This document shows, in pieces, positions 45,213 through 55,570 of a DNA stretch of 64,000 nt (position 1 is the stretch's first letter; the number at the start of each line of letters is the position of its first letter). The stretch spans positions 32,001 through 96,000 of the forward strand of contig CAWCPV010000010.1 of the NCBI GenBank assembly GCA_963797555.1, given 5' to 3'. The DNA is from an uncultured Gammaproteobacteria bacterium. Lineage in GTDB: Bacteria; Pseudomonadota; Gammaproteobacteria; CAWCPV01. Below the pieces are notes generated by a model. It was not told where the DNA came from. It was given only the letters and a program-made list of their open reading frames with translations, and did not search any database. Made by a program: the position numbers and the translations under genes.

Positions 45213-46853
45213 ATGGAGTCAAACCCTTCCTCCGCCAACTCTCGCCCGCCGAGCCACGCCTACGACGTCCTAGTCATCGGCGGCGGAGCCGCTGGGCTGA
45301 CGCTGGCGTTGCGCGTCGCACCCTTGGCGCGCATCGCCGTCCTCACCAAGCAGGCTCTGACAGAGAGCGCCACGCTCTATGCCCAGGGCGGCATTTCGGC
45401 AGTCCTCGACGAGGGGGACTCCATGGAGTCCCATATCCAGGACACCATGGACGCAGGTGCGGGTCTGTGCCATCCCGATGTCGTTCGTCTCACCGTGGAG
45501 CACGCCCCCGATGCCGTGGCGTGGTTGATAGCCCAGGGTGTGGGCTTCACTCGCACCTCGCGACCGGACGGGACCTTGGACTACCACCTGACCCGGGAGG
45601 GGGGGCATAGCCACCGTAGGGTCCTGCACGCGGCGGATGCCACGGGGCGAGCCGTGGCGACGACCCTGGAGCAACTCGTCCGGAGCCACCCCAATATCGA
45701 CGTGTACGAGCACCACGTCGCGATCGACATCATCACCGAGAGACACCTGGGCGGAGCTGGACAGAGCTGCTTAGGCGCCTACGTGCTGGATCGCTCGCGG
45801 GATTACGTCTCGGTGTTCCGTGCGAGAGTCACCGTGCTGGCCACCGGCGGGGCCGGGAAAGTCTACCTGTACACGAGCAACCCGGACGTAGCCACCGGGG
45901 ACGGAATCGCGATGGCCTGGCGTGCGGGGTGCCGGGTCGCCAACTTGGAGTTCATACAGTTCCATCCAACCTGCCTGTACCACCCGCACGCGAAGTCCTT
46001 CCTCATCACCGAAGCGGTGCGCGGCGAGGGGGGGCGGCTCCTGCTGCCTGACGGAGCACCCTTCATGAGCGGCTTCGACCCGCGGGCCGAACTCGCCCCG
46101 CGCGACATCGTGGCTCGGGCCATCGACCATGAGATGAAACGGCTGGGCATCGATTGCGTCTATCTGGACATCAGCCACAAACCGGCGGAGTTCATCCGAA
46201 CCCATTTTCCCACCGTCTACGCGCACTGCCTCGAATTCGGCTTCGACATGACGCAAGGTCCCATCCCGGTGGTCCCGGCAGCCCATTACACCTGCGGCGG
46301 GGTAATGACCGACGGGTACGGCCGCACCGACGTCCCGAGTCTCTATGCCATCGGGGAGGTGGCCCATACCGGCCTGCACGGAGCCAACCGCATGGCGAGC
46401 AATTCCCTCCTCGAATGCTTGGTGTTCGCCGAGTCCGCAGCCCGCGACATCCAGCAACGTCTCGACCAGCGGCCGATGCCACCGGATCTGCCTCCCTGGG
46501 ACGAGAGCCGCGTGACGGACTCCGATGAGGAGGTGGTAGTGTCCCACAACTGGGAGGAGCTGCGCCGCTTCATGTGGGATTATGTGGGGATTGTCCGCAC
46601 CAGCAAGCGGCTGGAGCGGGCGAAACGGCGCGTCGATTTACTCACGCGGGAGATTGCCGAGTACTACGGAAACTTCCGCGTGACCAACGACCTCATCGAG
46701 CTCCGCAATCTGGTACTGGTAGCCGACCTGATCATTCGTTGTGCCCTCGCCCGCAAAGAGAGCCGAGGTCTTCATTACACTCTGGACTACCCGGAGCCGG
46801 ACGCTACGGCGGCCCCCGCGGACACGGTGCTAGCTCCTCCCGACTCCGGGTGA
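45213..46853 (+). CDS. nadB: L-aspartate oxidase
   Basis: [49 protein letters not shown]; divergent from rpoE. Confidence 0.97.
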   Translation: MESNPSSANSRPPSHAYDVLVIGGGAAGLTLALRVAPLARIAVLTKQALTESATLYAQGGISAVLDEGDSMESHIQDTMDAGAGLCHPDVVRLTVEHAPDAVAWLIAQGVGFTRTSRPDGTLDYHLTREGGHSHRRVLHAADATGRAVATTLEQLVRSHPNIDVYEHHVAIDIITERHLGGAGQSCLGAYVLDRSRDYVSVFRARVTVLATGGAGKVYLYTSNPDVATGDGIAMAWRAGCRVANLEFIQFHPTCLYHPHAKSFLITEAVRGEGGRLLLPDGAPFMSGFDPRAELAPRDIVARAIDHEMKRLGIDCVYLDISHKPAEFIRTHFPTVYAHCLEFGFDMTQGPIPVVPAAHYTCGGVMTDGYGRTDVPSLYAIGEVAHTGLHGANRMASNSLLECLVFAESAARDIQQRLDQRPMPPDLPPWDESRVTDSDEEVVVSHNWEELRRFMWDYVGIVRTSKRLERAKRRVDLLTREIAEYYGNFRVTNDLIELRNLVLVADLIIRCALARKESRGLHYTLDYPEPDATAAPADTVLAPPDSG

Positions 46854-46890
46854 CCCCGTCGCGGGCGGCCGCCGCGTTGCGAGCACGCCG

Positions 46891-47328
46891 CTAGCGGCCG
46901 GTCATGGTGAGTCGCGCCCGCAGTCGCCGCAACGTCGCGGCGTCCACACTGTCGCGAAGCAGCACCACGGAGCGTTTTCCGGTCTCGGCGTGGAAGTTGA
47001 GCACCACGAGCTGCGGGTGAACGTAGGCGCCCGGCAGCAGCTCTGCGGCGTGGGCAGTGCCGTCCGCGTAGAGCAGGGTCCAGTGGCCTTCGGCTTCCCA
47101 GACGACGTGCACGACAGCGTGCTTGTCGCGCAGCAGCGCGTACTTTCTCAGGGTGTGCACCAGGCTGGCGACCACCCCGAACGCGAAAACCAGGGTCAGC
47201 CACGGCGGCGCGGCAACCGTCGGCAACAGCGCCAGCGCCCCGCCATGGATGAACAGCAAGGCGAGCGCGAGCCGTCGAGACGGCCGCAGCTTAACGTGCA
47301 GCCCCTTCCCGGATCCTTCGGACGACAC
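46891..47328 (-). CDS. YgfX/CptA-like membrane protein
   Basis: LRPSRRL, two TMs, C-terminal LLRDSVD...RRLRARL; directly after sdhE. Confidence 0.7.
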   Translation of the reverse strand: MSSEGSGKGLHVKLRPSRRLALALLFIHGGALALLPTVAAPPWLTLVFAFGVVASLVHTLRKYALLRDKHAVVHVVWEAEGHWTLLYADGTAHAAELLPGAYVHPQLVVLNFHAETGKRSVVLLRDSVDAATLRRLRARLTMTGR

Positions 47329-47536
47329 GGGCAGCTTCAGTGTCGTACGGCGCCATCTGCCCCGTGAGACAGTGCAGCAGGGTGCGGTCCGGGTAGCGCA
47401 GCAGCGTCTCGAAGGCGTCTCGCTCGGGCCGGCTGAGATCCTGCCATTGACACTCCAGAAAGCCCTGCAACAGGGCATCCAGCTCCAGCATTCCCCTTCG
47501 ACATTGCCAGCGCAGACGCGCGGGTACCTCGGTCAC
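47291..47536 (-). CDS. sdhE: Succinate dehydrogenase flavinylation factor
   Basis: RLRWQCRRGMLELDALL; GTG start overlaps the sdhB stop. Confidence 0.93.
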   Translation of the reverse strand: MTEVPARLRWQCRRGMLELDALLQGFLECQWQDLSRPERDAFETLLRYPDRTLLHCLTGQMAPYDTEAARVVRRIREGAAR

Positions 47537-48228
47537 AGAGAACCCTCGAGCATCGTGTGCTTGATGAGACCGATGGCCCGCGTCGGATTTAGCCCCTTCG
47601 GGCACACCTGCACACAGTTCATGATGGTGTGGCAGCGGAAGAGTTTGTAGGCGTCATCCAGCGCGGCGAGCCGCTCCGCTGCCGCCTGGTCGCGGCTGTC
47701 GGCAATGAACCGGTATGCCTGCAGCAGTGCGGCCGGGCCCAGGAACTTGTCCGGATTCCACCAGTAAGACGGGCAGGCGGTGGAGCAACAGGCGCAGAGA
47801 ATGCATTCGTACAGCCCGTCCAGCCGGTCACGCTGTGCGGGCTCCTGGAGATATTCGATTTCCGGCTCCGGGTCGCGCACCGTGAGGTAAGGCTTGACTG
47901 CCCGGTATTGACGGTAGAACGGCTCGAGGTCCACTACGAGATCGCGGATCACCGGAAGCCCTGGCAGTGGCCGCAGCGTGACCGGCTCCCGCAGGCGGGC
48001 GAGCGGCGTGACGCAAGCAAGCCCGTTGATGCCATTGATGTTCATGGCGTCCGAGCCACACACCCCCTCGCTGCAGGAGCGCCTGAAGCTCAGACTGTCA
48101 TCCTGCGCCTTGATGCGCATCAGCGCCGCGAGCAGCATCATTCCCGGCTCGATATCCTCGATCAGATATTCCTGCATGCGCGGCTCGGCGTCGCGCTCCG
48201 GCTCGTATCGGTAGATCGAGAAACGCAT
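47533..48228 (-). CDS. sdhB: Succinate dehydrogenase iron-sulfur subunit
   Basis: FRRSCSEGVCGSD, ECILCACCSTACPSYWWN, CHTIMNCVQVCPK. Confidence 0.97.
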   Translation of the reverse strand: MRFSIYRYEPERDAEPRMQEYLIEDIEPGMMLLAALMRIKAQDDSLSFRRSCSEGVCGSDAMNINGINGLACVTPLARLREPVTLRPLPGLPVIRDLVVDLEPFYRQYRAVKPYLTVRDPEPEIEYLQEPAQRDRLDGLYECILCACCSTACPSYWWNPDKFLGPAALLQAYRFIADSRDQAAAERLAALDDAYKLFRCHTIMNCVQVCPKGLNPTRAIGLIKHTMLEGSL

Positions 48229-48284
48229 AGAGGCTGCCCCCTGGACCTGGCAGACGCGCTCGGCTGCAATCGCCTGCCGGTTTT

Positions 48285-50047
48285 TCAGTATACGCGCTCC
48301 TTGGGGGGAAGCTGTCGACCGTCAACGGCCTCAGGCGCACCGGCTTGTATTCCACCCGCCGGCCATCCCGATAGTAAAGGCTGTGCTTGAGCCAGCGCAT
48401 GTCGTCCCGTCCCGGAAAGTCACTACGCCAATGGGCGCCGCGGCTCTCCTCGCGGGCCAGCGCGGAGGTCACGGTGGCCAACGCCAGATCCATGAGGTTC
48501 TCCAGTTCCAGGGCTTCTACACGGGCCGTGTTGAACACCCTGCTGTGGTCCTGGATACCCACCCGTTGCAGGCGCTCCTGGAGCGCGAGCAGGCGGGCCA
48601 ACCCGTGCTCCAAGACCTCCCGGCTGCGGAACACCCCGCAGTCCTCCCCCATGATGCGGCGCAGCTCTGCCTGCAGATCGGCCACCGACCCTCCGTCGCC
48701 TTGCCGGTCCCAGCGTGCCAGGCGCGCCACGGCTTCTTCCCCCGCGGATTCTGGCAGGGAACGATGGTAACGCTGCTCTCGCAGGTACTCGGCCACGTGA
48801 TTGCCTGCGGCGCGGCCGAAGACCACGATGTCCAGCAAAGAGTTGCCGCCGAGCCGATTGGCCCCGTGCACCGAGACACAGGCGCACTCACCGACCGCAT
48901 AAAGCCCGGGCAGCGCTTCTTCGGGGCCGTGACGCTCCGGCACGACCACTTGGCCGAAGCGGTTGGTGGGTATCCCACCCATCGTGTAGTGCGCGGTGGG
49001 AGCCACGGGGACGGGCCGCTCGATGGGGTCGAGATGCAGGAACGTAAGGCACATCTCCCGTATCCCGGGCAGACGCTTGCGGATGACCTCCGCGCCCAGA
49101 TGGTCGAGCTTGAGCAGCACGTGATCGCCCTGCGGCCCACAGCCGCGGCCCTCGCGGATCTCCGTGGCAATGGCACGGCTCACCACGTCCCGGCTGGCAA
49201 GGTCCTTGGCGTGGGACGCGTAGCGCTCCATGAAGCGCTCGCCGTCGCGGTTCAGCAGGTATCCCCCCTCGCCGCGGGCGCCCTCGGTGATCAGCATGCC
49301 GCGGCCGGCAATGCCAGTCGGGTGGAACTGGAAGAATTCCATGTCCTGGAGCGGTATCCCGGCGCGCAAGGCCATCGCCATCCCGTCCCCGGTGTTGATG
49401 AGGGCGTTGGTGGTGGTGCGGAAAAGCTGCCCCGCTCCGCCGGTCGCGATGAGAGTGCACTTGGCCTCGATGATGAGCGGCTGCCCGCTGCCGATATCCA
49501 GGACCACGGCACCCAGCACGTAGCTCTCCTGGTCGCGGATGAGATCCACCGCGAAGTGCTCGTCGAAGAAATGGGTCTTGGCCCGGATATTCTGCTGGTA
49601 AAGGGTGTGCAGGATGGCATGGCCGGTGCGGTCGGCGGCGGCGCAGGTACGAGCGGCCTGCGCACCGCCAAAGTCCTGACTCTGGCCGCCGAAGGGACGC
49701 TGGTAGATGCGGCCGTTCGGCAGGCGGCTGAACGGCACGCCGCAGTGCTCCAGCTCGATGACCAGCTTTGAGGCCGCACGACACATGTATTCGATCGCGT
49801 CCTGGTCCCCCAGGTAATCGCTCCCTTTCACCGTGTCATACATGTGCCACACCCATTTGTCGGGTTGCACATTGCCCAGCGCCGCGTTCATGCCCCCTTG
49901 GGCGGCCACGGTGTGTGAGCGGGTGGGAAACACCTTGGACACGACAGCCACGTTGGCCTCCGCCTGAGCGAGCTGGAGCGCGGCCCGCAATCCGCCGCCG
50001 CCCGCCCCGATCACCAAGACGTCGAACCTGCGCCGAGGTAAGCTCAT
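48285..50047 (-). CDS. sdhA: Succinate dehydrogenase flavoprotein subunit (one base missing in a G6 run near 48305)
   Basis: IGAGGGG, RSHTVAAQGG, QFHPTG, HYTMGG, HGANRLGGNSLL. Adding one base restores the ending FPPKERVY*. Confidence 0.96.
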
Positions 50048-50385
50048 TGGCCGCTCGCGCTCCACAGCGTGAGGGTCACCCACGCACCCTGTCCCAGCAC
50101 GGCGAAGGCCAGCAGCGCCAACAGGCAAGCACGCCAGGGGAGGGACCGCACATAATCCATGAGGATGTTGCGCACGCCTACCCAGACGTGCATCAAGAGC
50201 ATCAAAAAGAATAGCCCGGTGGCGACCTCGACGGCCGGGCGAATCGTCCAGGCATGCCACTCGGCATAGGTGCGAGGCGTAGCGAACGCGAAGTGAACCA
50301 ACAGGTAGCCGACGAAGCCGAGTAGATACACGGCGCTCACGCGCTGCCATACCCAAGCCCGCAGCCCCGTCAGCAGCGAGCTCAT
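50044..50385 (-). CDS. sdhD: Succinate dehydrogenase hydrophobic anchor subunit
   Basis: WVWQRVSAV, HVWVGVRNILMDY; three TMs. Confidence 0.92.
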   Translation of the reverse strand: MSSLLTGLRAWVWQRVSAVYLLGFVGYLLVHFAFATPRTYAEWHAWTIRPAVEVATGLFFLMLLMHVWVGVRNILMDYVRSLPWRACLLALLAFAVLGQGAWVTLTLWSASGQ

Positions 50386-50765
50386 GTCAACACCAGCGCC
50401 GCGACCAAGAGCAGCACCGCCAACCCTCCGGCGTTCACCGCCCAAGCGCTCGCCCGCGCCGGTGCAAGCCGCAACCCGACGCCGAGGTCCGCAAGGAGCA
50501 GGCGCACGCCGGCCAGCCCGTGATGGACGAGCGCCCATGTCAGGAGCACAGCCCAGAGACGCACGGGGAGATGATCCCACAGCGCCGCGATAGCCGCGAA
50601 GGACTTCGGCCCACGGAGGGAGCCCTCCCAGGCGAAGATGAGGACCGGGGCGGACAAGGCGAGCACGACGCCGGAGATACGATGGAGGACGGACGTGAGT
50701 GCCCCCACCGGCAAACGGATGTGCCTGAGGTCGAGGAAAACCGGCCGTCTAGTATTGCCGTTCAT
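50382..50765 (-). CDS. sdhC: Succinate dehydrogenase cytochrome b556 subunit
   Basis: RPVFLDL, SVLHRISG, HHGLAGVR. Confidence 0.92.
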   Translation of the reverse strand: MNGNTRRPVFLDLRHIRLPVGALTSVLHRISGVVLALSAPVLIFAWEGSLRGPKSFAAIAALWDHLPVRLWAVLLTWALVHHGLAGVRLLLADLGVGLRLAPARASAWAVNAGGLAVLLLVAALVLT

Positions 50766-50871
50766 GGCTGGGAGCATCATTGGGGAGCGCGACAGGATGT
50801 TATCATAGCGCGCTACGGCGTCGTACCGCACCGCGCGGGGCGCTGGAGCTGGGCCACAGACGGCAACGATC

Positions 50872-51950
50872 ATGAGAGCGGAGTGGAAGGCATTTCTCGA
50901 GGGTTCAGGCGCACGGCGGAGGGACGGACGGGTCGCCGACTTCGGCCGGCCGGACGATGATCTGCGGCAGGCCGCTGCGGGGGATATCCTGACGGATCTC
51001 TCGCACCTCGGCCTGATTGGCGTGGGGGGAGAGGATGCCGCCACCTTCCTTCAGGGCCAACTGACCTGCGACGTACGTCAGGTCAATGAAACGTGTGCCA
51101 CCTTGGGCGCCTACCTGAACCCGAAGGGACGCGCCCTGGCAGTGTTCCGCCTTTCCCGGCAATCGAGTGCGTACTATCTGAGCCTCCCGCGGGAGTTGCT
51201 CGATCCCGTGCTCAAGCGGCTGCGCATGTTCGTCCTTCGCGCCAAGGTGGTGTTGGAGGACGCCAGCGACACGTTCCTGCGGGTGGGAGTCTCGGGTCCG
51301 AATGCCGGCGCCCGCCTCGCCGCACGGCTGGGTGCGATCCCCCCGGAGGTGGGCGGTGTCACGCAGGTGAATGGTCTGTCCGTGTTGTGCATTCACGGCA
51401 TTCAGCCACGTTTCGAGATTCTCAGCGCGGAAATCGAGCCCATGAAGGCCCTCTGGGCGGAGCTGAGCGAGAGCATGATCCCGGTGGGCGCAAGCCCGTG
51501 GGATCTGCTGGATATCCTGGCAGGCGTCCCGGCGGTCCGTCCGGAGACCGTGGCGGCGTTCGTCCCCCAGATGCTGAATCTGCAGGCCCTGGGAGGCATC
51601 AGCTTCACCAAGGGCTGCTATACGGGACAGGAAATCGTGGCGCGCACTCACTACCTGGGAAAGCTCAAGCGGCGCATGTACCGGGCCCATGTCGACAGCG
51701 ACACGCCCCCGCGGCCTGGGCAGGCGCTCCACGGTTCCGGGCTGGGTGAGGAGCAGGACGCCGGCACAATAGTCGCCGCCGCCCCCTCCCCCAAGGGGGC
51801 TACGAAGTGCTGGCCGTGCTGCTGATGGAGAGCGCACGCGCAGGAGGAGTGAGGTTGGAGAATCCCGAGGGCGCGGCGCTCGCGTTCCGCGACCTCCCCT
51901 ATGCCGTCGAGGTCGAAACCGACACTGCGACCAGCGCCGAGGCACCCTGA
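50872..51950 (+). CDS. ygfZ: Folate-binding Fe-S/tRNA-modification protein YgfZ (frameshift near 51790)
   Basis: FLQGQLTCD, FVPQMLN, signature KGCYTGQE. Adding one base at CCCCC/GGGGG gives GGYEVLAV..DLPY ending at TGA 51950. Confidence 0.93.
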
Positions 51951-51969
51951 CGGGCGTTCGCAGCACCGC

Positions 51970-52370
51970 TTATCGTAACGGCAGCGGCGGCTTCGCCTCG
52001 GGCATTGCTGCGGTCAATGCCTGCAGGAAGGCGGGCAGGTCCCACTCTCCCCAACCGTAGGTCTCAGGGGCACGAGCAGGGGCGACTCCTGGGGACCGCC
52101 CACCGCCCCCGTCATAAGAAATCGATCACTTCCTCAGGGCGGCAAAAGCGCCCTCGTGCATGTAGCGTGCGGTCTGGGTGACGGCGCGCAGGGTCGGCTC
52201 TTGAACGCCCCCCGGTGTCGCTCTGCTCCCTGGTCACAGTGCAGACGCTGGTATGTGCCCCTATACCCGACAGCCAGCGATGCGCACGCGGCTCTGGTGC
52301 CGCCTCGGCCGTCAACCAGCGCGCCCGATGGCGCGACGTAGCGGATAGGCGGGACTTCGGCCGGCGACCC
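51970..52370 (-). pseudogene. Eroded C-terminal half of a di-heme cytochrome c peroxidase/MauG-family gene
   Basis: Across frameshifts: RGAFK / PTLRAVTQTARYMHEGAFA / EEVIDF / DGGGG / SPLLVPL / DLPAFLQALT..PP (cf. GAFKTPTLRNV..TAPYMHDG.F.TLEEVIDFY...L.PL.L...DLVAFL.SLT). Confidence 0.75.
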
Positions 52371-52375
52371 ACAAC

Positions 52376-52408
52376 AAAAGACCCACCCCCCTCGCGGGGG
52401 ATGGGTCT
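52376..52408 (-). terminator. Rho-independent terminator of the multiheme cytochrome gene
   Basis: Minus strand AGACCCATCCCCC-GCGA-GGGGGGTGGGTCT hairpin running into TTTT, ~20 bp after the stop codon. Confidence 0.8.
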
Positions 52409-52428
52409 GTGACACTCACCGGCTTTCG

Positions 52429-55175
52429 CTATTGCGCAGCGGTGACCACTGGCGCAGCAGGTCCCGGCGGCCCGAACGGGTTGGCGTGGCAGGTGCCGCA
52501 GCTCACCGCATCGCCCTGGTTCAGGGTCACGGTTTTAGTCTTCTTCCCATTGGGGATCTTGACCGAGCGGGTCTGGGCTACCTCGGAGAGGATGGTGCCC
52601 GCGCCATCCTTCCCGTGGCAGATACCGCACTTGTTGTTCAAGGTCGCCTTCGTGGGATTCTGACCCAGGTACGTCTGATGGTTATCAACCCACCATTGCG
52701 AGTAGTTGGTGCCGCTCTTGCTGCCGATAGGATGCAGGTTGTGCGGCCCATTGAGGGCGGTGTTGAGCGCGTATGTTCCCGTGTGGCAAGTGTCGCACTC
52801 GATAACCTTGCCCGTGTGCCCCTGGAGCTGGCCTGCGGTCACGTTGTCGTTGGCGACGAAGCTCCCGCTCGGGGGCGGCCAAGCCCCACCGTTCGGCGCA
52901 TTAGGCGTTACCGGCCACTCGGCGTGGGTGCTGCCGTGACACATCTCGCAGGCCACACCCTGGTGACCCCGTAATGCCGTGTCGCCGCTCGGCAGTGACA
53001 CCGACCCGCCCTTGCTGAAGCGGTACAGGATGCGCTCGCCGTTCGCGGCCTGATCCTCGGCGAAGCGCGAGTTGGGCACGGAAATGGGCTGTGCGGCCGT
53101 GCTCGCATCGGGATAGGTGAACGTGTTCCATGCCTGCAGGAGCAGGAACGGAATCGGCTGGTTGCTGTCGTCCTTGGCGTAGATGAACCCCGTGGTGTCC
53201 GCCGGCTGGTTCACCGCGTCACCCACGTGGCAGGACTGGCAGCCCGGCTCGTTCGCCCACGGGACGCGCTTGGTCAGATCCGCCCCCTCGGGGAAAGGCG
53301 TCGCAACCGACATGTTCCCGGAGAAGTCGTTGCCGACCTGTGCCATGCTGCCGTGGCAGTCCGAGCAGTAGATATTGTCCGCCGCCATCACGCCGCGCAG
53401 GCACTTGGTGTAGGTGCCGGGGTGGCACTGGTAGCAGGTGCTCTCGGTCGCACACTGGGCGATCGTCTTACCCTGAGCCGCGCAATTGGTGCATTCGAGT
53501 CGGGAGTAAGTGCTGCTCGGCCATTCCAACGCCTGCGTCGTCGGGTTGTAGGTGCAGGCGCCAGTCGTCGCCTCGACATCGGGAGAAGAAAATGTGCCTG
53601 CGGTCACCACCGTATTGCGGATCGCCTGATTGCTCGGCGGCGGCAGGAGGAACGGACTGAACCGGCTGCTCACGCTGTGCGCGTTGCGGTGGATCGCCCG
53701 CGACATGCTCGGCCTGACCCGCTGCGCGCGGCCGTTGGCAATACAGTCCTCAGGCTGCCCACCCTTGGCGGGACCGGCCGCATCCGGCGGACAGGTTGGG
53801 CTACCGCCATTGCTGTTCCCGTCGTCGTAAAGCAGTGAGCCACCCAGCGGGCCGACCTGGGCCAGGTCCAGCGCCGGGGTATAGTGGCAGGTCTGGCACA
53901 CGACCGGGTTGCCGTTGAGCGCCCTGTACGTCAGACAGCCCGGAGTCGTGTCCGCCTGCTTGCCTGTCGTCGCCACGCCCGGGGCTGACTGGCACGGGGC
54001 CGGATTGCCGGCGCTGTCGACATAGTTCCGCCCGTTGCTGTTGTCATGAAACCTCAGGATGTTGGTGTCCTGGCTGTACTCGACGCTCACATTGAGGGGC
54101 AGGTCGCCGTACTTCGGGTCCTCGAAGGCGGCCGCGGCAGTGCCGAGGGTGGCGTTGAGCGCGATGGGGTTGACCACGGAGGTCTCCAGGGGATAGGTCG
54201 GAGCTCCACGCCCCCGTTGGAGGGGTCGTTGCTGGTATGGCAGTTCTTGCAGTCGGCCTCGCCGGAGATCGGGGCCACCGTGTCGACGGTCGCCAGCACC
54301 GTCTGCTTCTTGCCGCCGACAGAGACCGCCGATACCCGCATGAGCGGATAGGGATTCACCCGCGCGGAGTCGTCGAAGGTGGTGAGCGGGATGCCGTCCG
54401 CCGAAAACCAGTTCATATTCGCAAGCTGGTAGCCGAACGGGAAGTCGACGAAAAACTGCAGGTAGGTATCGAAACGTGCAAAGCCCTGCGGCGCGTTTGC
54501 AACGTGCGGATTGCTGATACCGGGCATCGTTGCCTGGGCGACGTCCAGGCCGGGCAGGAACGCCGGGTCGGGGACGATGAGCCCCGTATCGGCCGGAATG
54601 CCGCTCGTGATATCGGCCGGGTAGAACGGGTCATAGGAGCCGTTCGGGATCGGATAGTCCCAGAAGTTGGTCTTGTAGACGCCCAGGAAACTCGGGAACG
54701 CGGGAGGCACACTGGTGCACTGATTCCCGTTGTTTGCGTCGCACTCGCCGACGACATTGAAGCCCGGCGGCTGGGGATTGCTCGGGTTAAAGACGATGTC
54801 GTTCGCACTAGATGCGGCCGAATAGTACACCTTTGTCTGACTGCCGTTCAGGATCGATGGATGCGCGCCCTTCTGGATGACCTGGGTGTGCAGCACATTG
54901 AACGGCGGCAGGATGCTCAGCAGGCGTGTATCCAGGTCCCCGCAATGCATGCCGAGGTCGTTGACCGACATCACGACGTAGCTCCCGCCCAGCGCCGTCG
55001 ACTGCTGCGGCACGGCGCTGGCCGGTTGGCTGTCCGCGTTCTGGCTCGTCGAGTTGATTGACACAGCGGGCGGCGGGGGCGGGGGCTTCTTGGCGGTCGC
55101 CAAATCCGGCCATGAAACGGATGTCGCTAGCGCCATCACCGCGGCGCCGATTACGGTTCGTCTACAAGGTATCAT
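52429..55175 (-). CDS. Large secreted multiheme cytochrome c, nine CxxCH motifs, ~915 aa (frameshift at G5 run 54211-54215)
   Basis: AAGGAGGAG RBS; signal peptide and poly-Pro; NDLGMHC..SILPPFN N-domain; CKNCH, CQTCH, CYQCH, CSDCH, CQSCH, CEMCH, CDTCH, CGICH, CGTCH. One extra G joins ORFs 54087-55211 and 52429-54177. Confidence 0.88.
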
Positions 55176-55483
55176 GGGGCGTGCTCCTCCTTGCCTCGGT
55201 TCCTCCAGCACCGCCCTCGGCTTCCGAGCCCGTGGTCCTCTCCGGACTCAGCCGAGGTGCGGCGGACCCTCTCCCTGTCGCTCGCCCGGCGTTGCCGCCG
55301 AGGAGAGGCATTCACCCCCACGTCCTGATTCCCGCCGAATCATCGGCCGACCGCCACATTCCCCTTGCAGTGGTCACCAACCGCCTCTGTCGGCTTCTGT
55401 TCGCGCGCCGCAGGCTCCATCCCGGAGCCGCGCTTTACTCCGCGGGCTCGCTGCTTACGTAATCAACCCCACGGTGGACGATG

Positions 55484-55526
55484 ATGGTACGGGCACGCAA
55501 CAAGGCTTTCTGTGACAATCGTCACA
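55484..55526 (-). promoter_or_regulatory. CRP-type operator with class II promoter geometry
   Basis: TGTGACAATCGTCACA at 55511-55526. Minus-strand -10 TACCAT at 55489-55484 predicts +1 near 55477, placing the box centre at -41.5. Confidence 0.72.
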
Positions 55527-55570
55527 AAACGAATTCTTTACATAGGTAGAAGCTGGCCGAGGGCTCGCGG

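Noticed and set aside
46891-47536. CptAB toxin-antitoxin system
   Set aside because: The pair is better explained as SdhE plus YgfX, given its coupling to sdhB.
52408-52420. Second CRP-like site TGTGACACTCACC after the cytochrome
   Set aside because: Half-site spacing is 3 rather than 6 bp, and it lies at the terminator.
55100-55175. Tat signal (CRRTVI) on the cytochrome
   Set aside because: Poor match to S-R-R-x-F-L-K, and c-type cytochromes are normally Sec-exported.
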